DNA from: Hydrolagus colliei
Taxonomy: Eukaryota
Direction of reading: 5' to 3'
Length of the DNA stretch: 64,000 bases
Assembly (NCBI GenBank): GCA_035084275.1
Contig: CM068749.1
Span: forward strand, 14,570,001-14,634,000
The notes under the pieces were generated by a model. That model was not told where the DNA came from, searched no databases, and was given only the letters and a program-made list of their open reading frames with translations. A program made the translations under genes and the position numbers. Positions 11,391 through 24,006 of the stretch are shown here, one piece after another; position 1 is the stretch's first letter; the number at the start of each line of letters is the position of its first letter.

Positions 11391-14300
11391 GTAAGTCAAT
11401 AAAAATAAAATAGTTCTTATCGTTCTCCGATTGCCCATATGTTTTTCTTTTTAAAAAAATCAGTTCCAACATACTGTTTTACTTAAACAGACACCAGTTA
11501 TTTGAAGTAATCCAAAACACTGTGTACGTTTTCATGTATATTCAAAAAAGGCAGGCAGGCAACCCGATAGTAGCCCAAATCTTAATGTCCCATGAGCTCT
11601 TTCCTTCTGTGGAAAGATGCATTTCTGAAGCTCTTTTGTGGTTTACACTGGAAGCACTGAAGAGAAAACATATCCTAAGAATAACTCTGTTCATTCTTGT
11701 ACTGGCTGTGACCAGTGACATTACTTTTGTTTGTTCTCAATTCTGGCTGGCTATCATGTATAGTCAACTTCTGATTTGGTTCCCGATAGCAGCACCAATT
11801 CCATCTGCCAAGCATCAAAACAGCCCTGTAAGTTTTATCAATTTAACCTGTGTTGAGTTGTGTGCATGTGTGTGTTTGCTACAATTTAAAAAAAACATTC
11901 TAGGCAATTCCATCCAATCTGATCTAGTCCTCAGTGTCATAAACAACTAACTCCTGCATTTGTGATTCTACATCAATAGCAGGATTGGAATATAAAACAT
12001 TTTTTGAAAAAACTTTTTAAAATATATTTTTTTATTTGATTATGAAAAATAAATAAATCATTCCCTAGATTCAGAAATATTCCTTTTAAAAAAAAATCTT
12101 CAAAATATAATGAATACATGGCCTTCTGTAGTTTTCAAATCTGGAACAAATTGGTAGTAATAAACCATGCATTTAAATATTGATAGTCATGGTATAACAT
12201 TTTAAGTAAAATTTAACTTCTGAAGTACTGTACATTAATCACTCTGATTGCACTTTTATGGACAAAGGAGCTTCATTTGAATAGATCGACCATCTTAACT
12301 CCAAGTCAATTTCCTTCAGTGCACCGTATTTAGTCTACTTCATTTCCGTGGATGGGAAAGGAGAAAGATTTTCTTAGTTGTGGGTCTTGTAACCCTGAAG
12401 GAATGTAGATTACTGATTGTGGTCGAAACATCATCCACGTTGCCACAAGTGGATTGTCTTGGCTTCAGATTCCAGGGAGGGGTAAAATAATTAAAATTCA
12501 TGGTTCAAATAACTTGTATGAGGGCAAGCAGTTCAGTTAAACTTCATTGCTGTAGGCATGCATCAATTCATTTCATAAACTTCTACATCAACATGATTTA
12601 ATAAAACAGCTTGACAGCTTCAAGAAAATGGTTTTGTGAACGCTTTAGAATTTTCTTTAAAGATTAAAGAATGTAAGTTCTACTGACATATCACTTGTCA
12701 AGTCAACAACAAAAACTTGCATTTATAAAAATCATTACAAAAGTTGCCACACTCTTGTTTTCTTAAAAAAACACAAACACAAAATAAATTTGCATGATAC
12801 CCAGCTCCATCCCCAGCCCCATGCCATACTCTTTACTGAACAGTCTCACTCCACAGTCTCTGTCCACAGCCATGTTCCCACTCTTTACTCTGCTCCACAC
12901 TCTCAAAACTGAAGTAAATCAGTGTGCATTCCAGGCACCACATTTTCCCCTTCTTGTAATCAGATGTCAGCCACTGAAAATGCGGGTGGGTCACCACAGT
13001 TTAAATGACGTTGTTAATTTTCATTTTAATTACAATTAGGGAACTTTGCTTCCTGATTTTTGACTAAAAGTGCACACATCCACTGTCAGAAATTCCACGC
13101 TCCATATGCTGGATGCAAAAGGCCGCGTAAACGCCTCTTTATTTAATTACATGTTGTATATTTAGCATTACACACCCTTAATTCATGAATCCAGTGTTGT
13201 GCACTATGTTTTTCCTTGACACAAACACAAAATGCCACCTTGACTCAAACATAAAGTCTCATCCCATAAGAATGTTGGCCGATGCAGATGTTGTAGAGGT
13301 ATCATCTTTCTCACACTTATCAAACTCGCTCAATGTTGTCTGAGTGGTTATTCCTTCTCTACTGATTCCCCATCTCCCTGATGACCTCTCTTATGATTTT
13401 GTGTTGAAGATCCAGAAAACATTTTTTTATTCTTATAACTGGTCCAATATAAACAACAGTACTACACTGTGCTGGAAATGTTAATGTTTGTCATTACATT
13501 GTTGCCTCAAAACGTTTTGTGTCACTTTGAGCAATATGCTTACGATATTTGTGGAGGGCACATTAAAAATTTGTCAGTCTTTCTGAGATTGCCACAGCTT
13601 GTGAAAACCAATTACATGCTAAAAATTTAATGTTACTTGAGTTAAGGAATATTAAAAATGTTTGAAAATCTGAGCCAAGTAGTTTGATCCCGTTTAATTA
13701 TTCATTAATATCACACATCCTCTATATCTATCAGAATAAAAAAATAGCATATTTGTAGTTGAAAGCCATTTGTAGTTCAGAGAGAAGCATCTAAAACTTA
13801 ATTATGTGATAACCACAGATCTCAGGTTTGTTATGAGGGGAGTGTTAAATTCATATAGATTTTTCACTTAAATGTTAGTAAAAATAGAAAGTGTACCTCT
13901 GCACATGGATAATACTCCTGGGTATCCAATATCCATTCAACACCAGAAATAATGGCATAGTAGAGTTTTACTACTGTATTCGTTCCCTGAAATTTTTTTT
14001 ACACCTGAAAGCATGTTTTAATTTAGGGTCATTGCAAACGATATAGAAAACTGTGACATGTTTGTGTAGAAATAGATTGGTCTTTGGTTTGAAGCACCAC
14101 AGTAAATTGAAAGAAAAACCTCTTGTGACACATGAAGCAGGAGGCTTGTAATTTTAAAAAGAAATGATCAGAGGTTCCCACAATGATCTGCTTTTATTTA
14201 CAAAGGCAGCAGTATGAGCTGTACAACTGGTCTCAGTGTTCGTGGGTGAAAATAACCACAGACTTCACTCCTTAAATGTTATCTAGTAAGTTCTTTATTG

Positions 14301-16159
14301 GAAGTTCTGCATATTTGGATGTTATGTTGAGGCTGAGACCTGTTGTCTTAAGGTGACACTTGTTCAAATTGCTTCCAATTTGGAAGCCAGTTTTCCACTG
14401 TTTATAGAAGGAACCGGCTTCCAAATTATCAGTGAATTGAAGAATTCCCCATGGTTCTGCCCGATCTAAATTTTAAGACAGAATTGCTTTAAAGCTAAGA
14501 CTAGGTAGAACTTTAGACCATGGGAACCACCAGCAGCAGATTTTTAATCTCTAATCAGTTTTGCTGTGCAAGAAAATTAGAATCTTAATTACAAAGTCTA
14601 CTGTGCATAAAATGCTATTTTTGAGAGGTTTATCCAAATTCAGCCCCGTACTAACTTAATAAAACATGAAAGCCTTCTAGTTACTACACAAGTCTTTATA
14701 GACTAAATAACAGTCAGCTTGAAGCTAGCTCTATAAGTAGTATTAAATTAAGTAAAATAAATAGTAGGATCAGACGTTCTAGCAAAGACATTTTGCACAG
14801 CTAAATATTTTGAAAAACGCTGTTTTTTTAAGGCTCTTCATTTGCTAGGATCAGATTCTGTACTCCTTGGCAATATGCCAAACTCCACAGCAACCAACTT
14901 TGTCTCAGCATTAATGAGCACACTCATGTGGAAGTTCATAAGCGATGGTAAAATTAACCTGGATGGGATCAGCTAACTAGGACTTTCCTGATCTGGATGA
15001 CAATATCTTTGCCACACTGTTCTTTGACTGAGATTCGAACATACCTTGGAGAGTGCCCAGTGTGTCTCTAACCCAGCATGTTTTTACTGCCTCTATGGCA
15101 GTCTCACTTCTTCTTGCATGACTTCCTCCACTTTGTCATTTACCACCAAGCAACATAAACCAAGTATTTGATCTGATCAAAATAAATATTTGTTTTGACC
15201 AAGAAAATCCCTTGAAAGGATTTACCCCCCAACCATAAAGAGTTCAATCCGTATCACAAATAATCATTGGCACGAAAACAGGTCAGTCATTGTCATCCTT
15301 ATAAGAGATATGTCTTCAATGCCATAGGAAATGTAGATTAATATATGAATCCAGGATAGCTGCATCTGAATCCAATCATCTAAATCTGCACAAATCTGAA
15401 TACTGTACATAAAACTTTAAAACTCAGTAATATCCAAAATATAATTTAGCTGTTGCTTTAATCTAATCCTAACCTCTTGTAGTTTACAGCACACCGCTGC
15501 TGTTTTTCAGTGCACATTGTTGATGCCAAACTGGTTATTTTCACTGTGACTGAATGTTACAGCAATCAGCTCAATGGCATTTTCTCTCAATAAATGCTGT
15601 ATGAAAGTATCCTCCCAAGGAACCTAGATGATAATCCAGCATAATTTGAATTGTGCATTTCAACTGTACATACTAATTTAGAAATAGTCAATGAAATTCA
15701 TTCATTCAGCCATTTTATAATGATAATAATTATTGCATTTGATGTAGCACTTTACCAAAGCATAACACCTCAAGAATAACTTCAGAGGATTTACTGCAGA
15801 GTGTAGTGACAATACATTTTGTAGGAAATTTTCCTCACCCAATGGTGCCTGAACCAGCTCCTTGATCACTCCTTGTAGAACGTGGATCAGAAAACATGTG
15901 GAACAAGTAATGCTATGATAAAATATAGAAATACTTTGAAATTATAAGTCACTCAGTTAACTAATTCCTCAGATTGCCATTAATTAATTATTAAAACAGA
16001 CACTATAATTTTTTAAAATGTAAATGATTACTTGCTTGGTAGCTTAGGGCTTGTTATAAAATTAATGTTCCCTTAATATTTATTTCTCAGGATCATGGCA
16101 CTGAAATTCTACACTGACACTATTCCTGAGCTTTATCTCTGTGCGGAGAATGCTGTTTA

Positions 16160-16402
16160 ACAACAATACAACAACAACAACAAATTACACTTGCATAGCG
16201 CCTTTCACATCAGGAGGACGTGCCTCACCCAATATACATCCAATGTAACGTTCACCTATATACATTAAAAAGTTTATAAAGAATCGGTACTTTCCTAATC
16301 CCCCCCCCCCCCCCCCCACCGGCTCAGGTCTGAAGTAGTGACTGTCCAGCGCCTTGGGACGTCCTCCTGACGTGAAAGGTGCTATACAAGTTGCTGTTGT
16401 TG
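16160..16402. mobile_element. Two L2-type tails in inverted, tails-outward arrangement
   Basis: acttgcatagcgcctttcacatcaggaggacgt (16188-16221) is the near reverse complement of acgtcctcctgacgtgaaaggtgctatacaagt (16359-16391). Confidence 0.75.
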
Positions 16403-16697
16403 CTTTCTATTTATCTTAAAAGAAAATTTGGGACTAAAGAAAATCTAAATACTGTTAATCATACAGTATGACAGTAATCATACTACACCACAGTGCCACC
16501 CTCTGGTTGAGTGCAGATAGCACAAAGCTCTTCTGTTTCGTTGTGGGTGAAGGACTGATACTGTACAACAATCTCCATTTATATAGTGGTCTCCACCCAG
16601 GGTAGCTTAATACAGTATATCTATATCGAGGGCTGTGTTACTCTGTATGCTGTATGTTGACACTTTGTTTAATCTAATTTCATTTGTTTCTCTATAG

Positions 16698-16751
16698 GGA
16701 ATCCCTGGCAGCCCTGGTTTTAAAGGTGAATCAGGTGATCAGGGGCCACCG
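16698..16751 (+). CDS. COL11A1: Exon 15-equivalent, 54 nt, GIPGSPGFKGESGDQGPP
   Basis: ctatag| ... |gtaaat. Confidence 0.95.
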
Positions 16752-17939
16752 GTAAATACAGTTTTATTCTCTTACAATAGCTATAGCATAATATTAACCC
16801 ACAGAAGACAAAGCATGCGTCAAAATAGCAATACTCAATTGCATTGTACAGTATTTAAGTTGGCATTCTATTGATAATACTGTTACACAGGCACAGTAGA
16901 TTAAACAGTTGAAATTCACTTCCTGTTGAATTGCTTATTGAAGCCAAGGTGCAGTGTTCTGATCTGCACAACTATCATATGTCTGCTGTTTTTAATTTCT
17001 TTTGTTGCGAGTGTATTTATAGATCTTTACTTGGTAGTGCAAAGATTGTAAGGGTTAGATAGTAGAACATAAAGAGTGTTGCACATCTCATTCTGCCCCA
17101 TCTAACAGTATAGTGTTTTACAGCTTTCTATCCTGGGTCAGGAATTAGTTTTTAAATAGTGTTGTGTGGAAGGTTATTTCTCCAGTAATGTAGCTATAAT
17201 TGGGTGACACAGACCTCAACATCTGAGATATTAAGAATATAAATCAATGCTTGTAGTTTACTTGCTCATTTTTTATAACTATAAGAGGGAAACTATTTTC
17301 AACTTTGAAATCAAGAATTTTTTATTGTGCTTTGTACAGCTAATAACACATTTTTATCATAGTTCATGTCCTGTGAAAGCTCAAATATTGAACTAGTGGA
17401 GAGGGTAAAGACGTTATCCAACTAACTTATTTATGCCTTTATGGCAAATCCATCCTGGAACCATCCAATTATTCATGCTTTCATATGGCACCAAATGGTG
17501 CATTTGCGTTCTGAGCCATCAGAAGAAGCAATGAATTCACTTGTAAAAAAAAATGATTTGGATTGAAAACTCTGCATGTGTTTTTTTTGGGTTATATTTG
17601 TAATTGATCAGAACGAAAGTGGGAACTAACTCTAGTTTATTCTGTCATTAACATTGTAAATGAAAGATGGTTTACTTACCAAGATTAATCGGCATCTGAT
17701 AAACTTTAGTTAGGTAAATTGCAATGCAGTGTGCACATAGACCTTCATGCATAATATTTTCTAAATGCATTTACAGTGTGAGGCATATCTCACAGTGCAC
17801 AAAATCCACTCATACACATTTGTGATCTGAGAGATTTTTATAACCTTTCTACATTAAAAATGTAGTATATATGTGTTGTATTAACGTGTGTTAATATGTA
17901 CCAGACTCCTAACACTGATCTTTACTGTGTGTAATCTAG

Positions 17940-17993
17940 GGTCCTCGTGGTGTACAAGGTACTGCCGGTTTAGGTGGAAAACCAGGGAAACGG
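17940..17993 (+). CDS. COL11A1: Exon 16-equivalent, 54 nt, GPRGVQGTAGLGGKPGKR
   Basis: atctag| ... |gtgagt. Confidence 0.95.
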
Positions 17994-18212
17994 GTGAGTA
18001 ATAAGAGTTTTGTCTTCATTTTATTTTTGAATAATCATTGTTGGGCTAGGGTGAGTGGGGGGTGGGGGGGAAGTACTTGAAGAAGCAGAATTGGAAATTT
18101 CACCGGTGCTAAATTAACAGGTATTTAGAGATGTTAATTGACTGAGATAAACGAGGAGTAATTCTGCCTCGGTGCAGCATTAATCTGTAAAATGTCTATG
18201 TTGCTCCTTTAG

Positions 18213-18266
18213 GGTCGTGCAGGTGCGGATGGTTCCAGAGGGATGCCTGGAGAACCTGGCGGCAAG
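18213..18266 (+). CDS. COL11A1: Exon 17-equivalent, 54 nt, GRAGADGSRGMPGEPGGK
   Basis: ctttag| ... |gtagac. Confidence 0.95.
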
Positions 18267-18714
18267 GTAGACTTCATTGCTGTAAATCGCGTAGCATTTG
18301 ATCATTCATTTACAATAAAACATGAATAGACTCAATCTATACACATAATACAAAACTATAAAGTGCTATTAAAATAAAAGAATCTTGTTCATATAGGCCT
18401 ACACCCTTATCCATCATCTATTAATCCATATTGACATTGTTGGATTTTACACATGCATCAATGCATTACCTTCTGCTCATGTAGTTAACAATATACATTC
18501 AACAGCTTCTAAGTTCTTCTGTAAGTCATGAATTTTAAGTTTTACTGTTGGAAAGAGGTTTTGTCAAGATGATGAATACGTATAGTATTAAATCTGCAGT
18601 TGAATTCTGTCATAGTTTATCATGCACATGTAGCTTGCAACCAGTCTGAATTTTATTTTGCTCTTCCCTTGGGAGGTATTAATACAATGACAAATGCTCA
18701 TTTACTTTTTCAAG

Positions 18715-18768
18715 GGTGACCGAGGTTTTGATGGCCTTCCTGGTTTGCCTGGCAATAAGGGACACAGG
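18715..18768 (+). CDS. COL11A1: Exon 18-equivalent, 54 nt, GDRGFDGLPGLPGNKGHR (helical cross-link motif KGHR)
   Basis: ttcaag| ... |gtaaga. Confidence 0.96.
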
Positions 18769-19949
18769 GTAAGATATTCTAGCAAATCTAGCACTATCTA
18801 TGAAACATTGTCAGAAACTTGGACAAGATACGGTGTGATATATTGGGTTGTTAATGTTAATCAAAAGTATATAATTTATCCCCTTCTTTGGACATAACTA
18901 GCATGTGCTTTTACTGATTGGGGTTTGCAGTCCAGCGATTCTTTTTTGAATGGGGGACGCTAGGCAGGTGAAAGAAGCGGCAGCGCGATTTTAAAGTTGC
19001 ACGACTTTACTAGCTGCAAGCCGAAGCCCTAGACTCTACTAGCGGCAAACCAAAACAGTGCACCTGTGCGACAATGTGGGTTATCGACTATCATTATCGG
19101 CTTGCCGCTAGTATGACTTTAAAGTCAATTTTTTTCACCCGCTTGGCGTGCTTCATTTTGGGAGGGGTCGTTGGACTGTAAACCTCAACTGCAGCATCAT
19201 GGCTTCAAGCGCAGCATCTATCAGCGGGCGTGGGAGGTGCAGGAGAGTAGTTTTGATGGTGAGTGCCAATGCAATATTCTGTTATTATGTTATTATTTAT
19301 GCATTTACAAATGCTCTATTGCTATTGTTCCGGATAAGTTCCGGTTTATCGAATGGGGACTTTTTTGAGGCTTGCCAGTTTTACGGAAGTGCCGGTGCAT
19401 CGAGTCAAGGATAAACGGGCTTCTACTGTACTTCACAGAGTTCATTGTAAATTGTAGTGATGGTATTTTTGTGGGTTAAATTTGTTTGCACACTGTGATA
19501 TCCCACAAACAGCCATGAAGTGAATGACCATTTAGTGATTCTGGCTAGAATAATAGGAGAAACTACCTTCTTACGGAAAAGAGTTTGCTTAAAACTCCTG
19601 ATACAACAATCAGACAGACAGACAGACATCTGAAGCGATTGCAAATCCAATAGCAGATGGTGGCTGTTCAACAATGTCCGACTGTTTGATTCAGATTTTA
19701 TACTAAATCATTATCTTTTGAAAACCATTACCGGAATATTGCCATTTGCCTAAAAGTTTTTTTGGCAAACCTCTTTATTGTTGTACAAGCACAATACACT
19801 TGGTGGTATGACAGAGATCACATCAAGATGCATTATTGGGTCTTTTCCATAAAATGAAAACAATGTCCAAACAAGGCTTGTACATTCCGCCTCTCCCCCC
19901 CCCCCCCCCATACTGGGTCAGTTACTTACTGAAATAAAATGTGCATTGC

Positions 19950-20250
19950 AGGTCAATTTGTGTTGAGTTAGCTGATCTGATTGAAGCACCACAATTGTCT
20001 TAAATTCCATTGGGTGAAGGAGATGGAAACAAATCAGCCAATTTGTCAACCTGATCACATATTAATGACTCCATTATTATGGATGTTGGATGAAGACAGG
20101 ATCAGGTTTGACTGTAATGCTCCGCCTATCGTCCAATATCACTGTTTAGGTTCTTATAAGAAGACTGCCCCCCTCAGGCAAAATACTACAGCCTCCCAGT
20201 CCCCATGATTCTAGAGAGTAGCATGTTTGTGCCTTTAGGATAAGGAGGGA
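19950..20250 (+). mobile_element. Ancient SINE copy (same family as 5840-6130)
   Basis: tgtgttgagttagctgatct ... aaatcagcca ... ggatgttggatgaagacaggatcagg. Confidence 0.5.
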
Positions 20251-20398
20251 GTGGGTTTATCAAGTATTATTTTTCATAGAAACCGTTCACTTTGTGGGTA
20301 TGTAACTAAGGAATTGTCACTCAAACTACATTTTTGTTCGCATATTTTTCAAAGTGCAAATGTGCAATGCAGTTTTTGTTATGGTGCTTGTCAGGCTC

Positions 20399-20665
20399 CA
20401 ACAACAGCTTGCATTTAGCCGGGAGGCTGAGCCAGCGGAGGGGGAAGGTGACCGTAAGCGCGGTTGAAGAGAAAGGTCTTCCGGCGCAACCTGCAGATAA
20501 GAAAAGAGGGGGCGAGTCGAAGGGTTTGAGGGAGAGAGTTCCAAAGTTAAACTTTTTGCAATAGTTAAACTTTGGAACTCCCTCCCTCAAACCAGCTGAG
20601 CCACTGTTAAGCACTCTGAGAAGTTACCAGGTGTGGAGGGTGTTATATAAATGCATGTTGTTGTC
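20399..20665. mobile_element. Head-to-head L2-type 3' fragments with a central 31-bp inverted repeat
   Basis: Minus-strand tail caacaacagcttgcattta at the left, plus-strand tail tatataaatgcatgttgttg at the right, hairpin at 20523-20593. Confidence 0.65.
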
Positions 20666-21048
20666 ATAGGCAAAATTAGTGTTCATTAAATCAAAAATGA
20701 TGCTTCTGTTTTCAATGTGAGCCAGATTGTGATTTTTACGACTGAATCCCTGTCACAAAGATTTGTAGTCCTCACTTTAATTGTAAACACATTATCAGAT
20801 ATAGTGTAGTTTTTATTGCTCAAGTATTTTATTCGGAAATTCTCCAACTTTCCTTAATGCATTTTCTTGAATGTGCACCGATTTGTTTCCAGTCCCAGAC
20901 TCCATACTGCTTTATGTAGAAGTTTCATCAGTCGCAGACTTATAAAATGAGTTTGTTTTAAAGAGTGACTAGAATGTGGCCAGGAAGATGAAAACAAGAA
21001 AATCCTATGTACACTTGTGCAATGCCGAATATTTTGTGTGTTTTACAG

Positions 21049-21102
21049 GGGGAAATAGGGCCAATAGGTCCACCAGGGCCAACGGGTGAAGATGGCGAAA
21101 GG
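21049..21102 (+). CDS. COL11A1: Exon 19-equivalent, 54 nt, GEIGPIGPPGPTGEDGER
   Basis: ttacag| ... |gtaatg. Confidence 0.95.
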
Positions 21103-21232
21103 GTAATGGATTTGTCCACCTTTAAAAGTTTGAATTTATATAATCTGCCATCTCTGACTTCAAGCGCAGTGCGCGGTTAGAGTTTGAATCCCTCAGGGAA
21201 TAATCCTGTTTTTGTACATGTTTTCTTTTCAG

Positions 21233-21277
21233 GGAGACGACGGAGAGATTGGACCAAGAGGTTTGCCGGGTGAATCT
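21233..21277 (+). CDS. COL11A1: Exon 20-equivalent, 45 nt, GDDGEIGPRGLPGES
   Basis: tttcag| ... |gtaagc. Confidence 0.95.
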
Positions 21278-21462
21278 GTAAGCCAACCATTTTAAAGTTC
21301 TCTTACTCCCAAAGTTGTCATTCTGTCTCTAGATTAGGAAGGTTGCAAATTCAAACTTTTTTTATTGTAAATTTCAGATTTTAAGTATTGCAAAATGTGT
21401 TAACATTAGATCATTTGAAAAGATGTTTGAAGTGTTAAATGTGACTATTTCTTTTTCTACAG

Positions 21463-21516
21463 GGTCCAAGAGGGTTGCTTGGACCAAGAGGATCTCCTGG
21501 GCCACCTGGACAGCCT
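21463..21516 (+). CDS. COL11A1: Exon 21-equivalent, 54 nt, GPRGLLGPRGSPGPPGQP
   Basis: ctacag| ... |gtaggt. Confidence 0.95.
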
Positions 21517-22201
21517 GTAGGTCTACAATTCATTTGTTGTCCCTCACAATAGATTTTTTCCAATAATAATAACAGTAAATGATCTAATATATTTGCGTCT
21601 AGTATAGCGCCTCACACGTCGGGATGACTTCCCAATGTGCTAGAGTAGAACGTATACAAACAAAGTACCCATTCACTGTTAATTTATAAATCAAAGAAAA
21701 ATTATTATTTTCATGAATAGAATTTATAAAATCAGACTAAAAGAGATTCAGGAGATTAAAAACTGAAATTTGCTTTTTTTTTATTTGAAAGTTTCAATTT
21801 TCCTCAGTATATTTTCTGTATTATTCTTTGGTCTTTTTGCAGTATTTTCTTTTTTGTTACTTGTTTGACTGTAGTTTGATGATCAGTCCTAGAATAATGT
21901 TATTGTCTACAAAATACACCGTTGCTACACTTTGCAGTATTTTCCTTTAACAACAAAACAACTTTAAATGCTTTTCGATGTGCTCCCAACATGAAAGGTG
22001 CTATATTAGATACAATAATTGTTGTTAATTGGTATTATTATATGCACCATCTTTGTTCTGAAAAACAATTACGTTTGCTAAAATATTATGAGAAGAATAA
22101 ATGCCAATTAACTACTGAATTTTTAGCAACCTAGAATTCCTAGAATTTCCTTCAAGTATGTCGATTAAAATATTTGTTTTATATATGTATATATATTTCA
22201 G

Positions 22202-22246
22202 GGCACGAATGGTATGGATGGGCCACCAGGTCCAAAAGGAAACATG
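22202..22246 (+). CDS. COL11A1: Exon 22-equivalent, 45 nt, GTNGMDGPPGPKGNM
   Basis: tttcag| ... |gtattt. Confidence 0.95.
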
Positions 22247-22573
22247 GTATTTATTTATTTTGAGTTTTTTTTAGTTTAAACAAACTTTTAAAAAAATGTA
22301 GCGAATACCTTTCTGGCCTGTAGCTGTATCTAAGGGAAGCATTGTGTGCTGTACTTTGGGGGATAAAATAGAGGAAAACAACACAGAAGCTTATTAATGT
22401 GACAATTTGCAAGAATAAAATTGATGTAAAGATGCTATCATTTGCTTAACTGGTTATGGATATTAACGTTAGCTTGCAGTAGATATTTTTATTTATGCTT
22501 TGAATAAAAGTCCTTCTCTTCCCCCCCCCCCCCTCCCCCCAAACCCCACCACCTCCCCCCCCTTCTCTTCAAG

Positions 22574-22627
22574 GGCCCTCAAGGAGAGCCAGGCCCTGCT
22601 GGTCAACAGGGGATTCCAGGCACTCAA
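22574..22627 (+). CDS. COL11A1: Exon 23-equivalent, 54 nt, GPQGEPGPAGQQGIPGTQ
   Basis: ttcaag| ... |gtgagt. Confidence 0.95.
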
Positions 22628-23080
22628 GTGAGTACACATTAGATGAAATAAGGCTTGTATCATGCAGTGAAAGGGCGCTTAGCGCTACAGTGCTTCATAG
22701 TCACAGAAAGAACAGTCCTGCTTGTCTGCTGTTGTGAAGCCTGTATACCACTTCTACTGTGAGTACTTTTACTCCAAGTTTGCAAAACTAGCTTCATTTT
22801 AGAGTACAGTATATCTTCTTTTTTAAAAAAAAACAAGAGAGGCTATGGGTAGGATCATGTTTCTCTCTTTGTGCCAATACACTCAATGTTACCAAAGTCA
22901 GTCACCTGAGCTAAATAATCTCTCAGTTTTAGATTGCTGTGTCTTTCAATATTCGCCGTGATTTTCACTTCTAAACTGGATTGATTTTTTTATGTTTGGT
23001 TATTCCACAAACACGCAAAAACAAATATGAGGACATGAAGTGACAAACCTCTCTTATTTCCTCCCCCCACCTCCAAACAG

Positions 23081-23125
23081 GGTCTCCCCGGTCCTCAAGG
23101 CACGATTGGTCCTCCTGGTGTAAAG
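23081..23125 (+). CDS. COL11A1: Exon 24-equivalent, 45 nt, GLPGPQGTIGPPGVK
   Basis: aaacag| ... |gtccgt. Confidence 0.93.
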
Positions 23126-23248
23126 GTCCGTGCTTTTTCCTATGTGCATCTTCTACACATTTCTGATTATTTTGCCTGTCAAGAACAGCTAAAGCAGGAT
23201 TGTATGATGGATTGAACCGTGACCTTTCGTTCTGCTTTCTCCGTTTAG

Positions 23249-23302
23249 GGACCACAAGGCAAAGCCGGTCTTCATGGCCTCTCAGGTGCCGATGGGCCTC
23301 CA
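23249..23302 (+). CDS. COL11A1: Exon 25-equivalent, 54 nt, GPQGKAGLHGLSGADGPP
   Basis: gtttag| ... |gtaagt. Confidence 0.95.
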
Positions 23303-23550
23303 GTAAGTTGATCACTGTTACATGGCAGAGAAAGAAAAACAATGATTAATCTCGCTCTGCACAGATATAGCTGGAAAAGTACAGAATGGGTCAAAAGTAT
23401 AATTTTTTTAAGTGCAACATAAAACTAGCTGTGGGAATAGGTAAAGATGATTTTTTTTATTAAATAGTATTCATAAGAATGCTCATGCAAGATGTATGCG
23501 CTATGTTAGATTTATGGTCCAGTAATAAGTCCATCTGTTGTTGTACACAG

Positions 23551-23595
23551 GGACATCCAGGCAAAGAAGGGCCAGCTGGTGAGAAAGGTTCACAG
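23551..23595 (+). CDS. COL11A1: Exon 26-equivalent, 45 nt, GHPGKEGPAGEKGSQ
   Basis: acacag| ... |gtacgt. Confidence 0.95.
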
Positions 23596-23771
23596 GTACG
23601 TCTTGCCTCAGACAATACTTTGATTGAGGAACAAGAAGTGAAAGATTAATATATTTTCATTAATTGGATTATTTCTCATGAGATAACTGTAAACTAAAGT
23701 CTATATGCAAAACCTCTCCCCCTTCCCCCAAATGACAAATTCTAAAGCAGTGTTTTCCTCTCCTTCTAAAG

Positions 23772-23825
23772 GGATCTTCAGGCCCGCAAGGTCCTATTGG
23801 CTATCCAGGTCCTCGTGGTGTGAAG
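23772..23825 (+). CDS. COL11A1: Exon 27-equivalent, 54 nt, GSSGPQGPIGYPGPRGVK
   Basis: ctaaag| ... |gtaagt. Confidence 0.94.
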
Positions 23826-23961
23826 GTAAGTTTGAGACAAGTCTCCGCTTCCCCTTTCCTCCCAATAAAATGTCCACAGTCATTATAGAAAACGTAACAA
23901 TTTCATTCAGAAAATGTCCTAAAGAAAATGTGTTTTAAACTTTGACTGCCTGTTTCAACAG

Positions 23962-24006
23962 GGTGCAGATGGAGTCCGTGGTCTGAAGGGATCTAAAGGT
24001 GAAAAG
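23962..24006 (+). CDS. COL11A1: Exon 28-equivalent, 45 nt, GADGVRGLKGSKGEK
   Basis: caacag| ... |gtgaat. Confidence 0.96.

Noticed and set aside
12393-12430. ctgaagga...cgaaac as a possible hammerhead
   Set aside because: The core deviates from CUGANGA and no convincing stem II or flanking helices are present.
16492-16508. CTCF-like sequence agtgccaccctctggtt
   Set aside because: It has two core mismatches, which is expected by chance in 64 kb.
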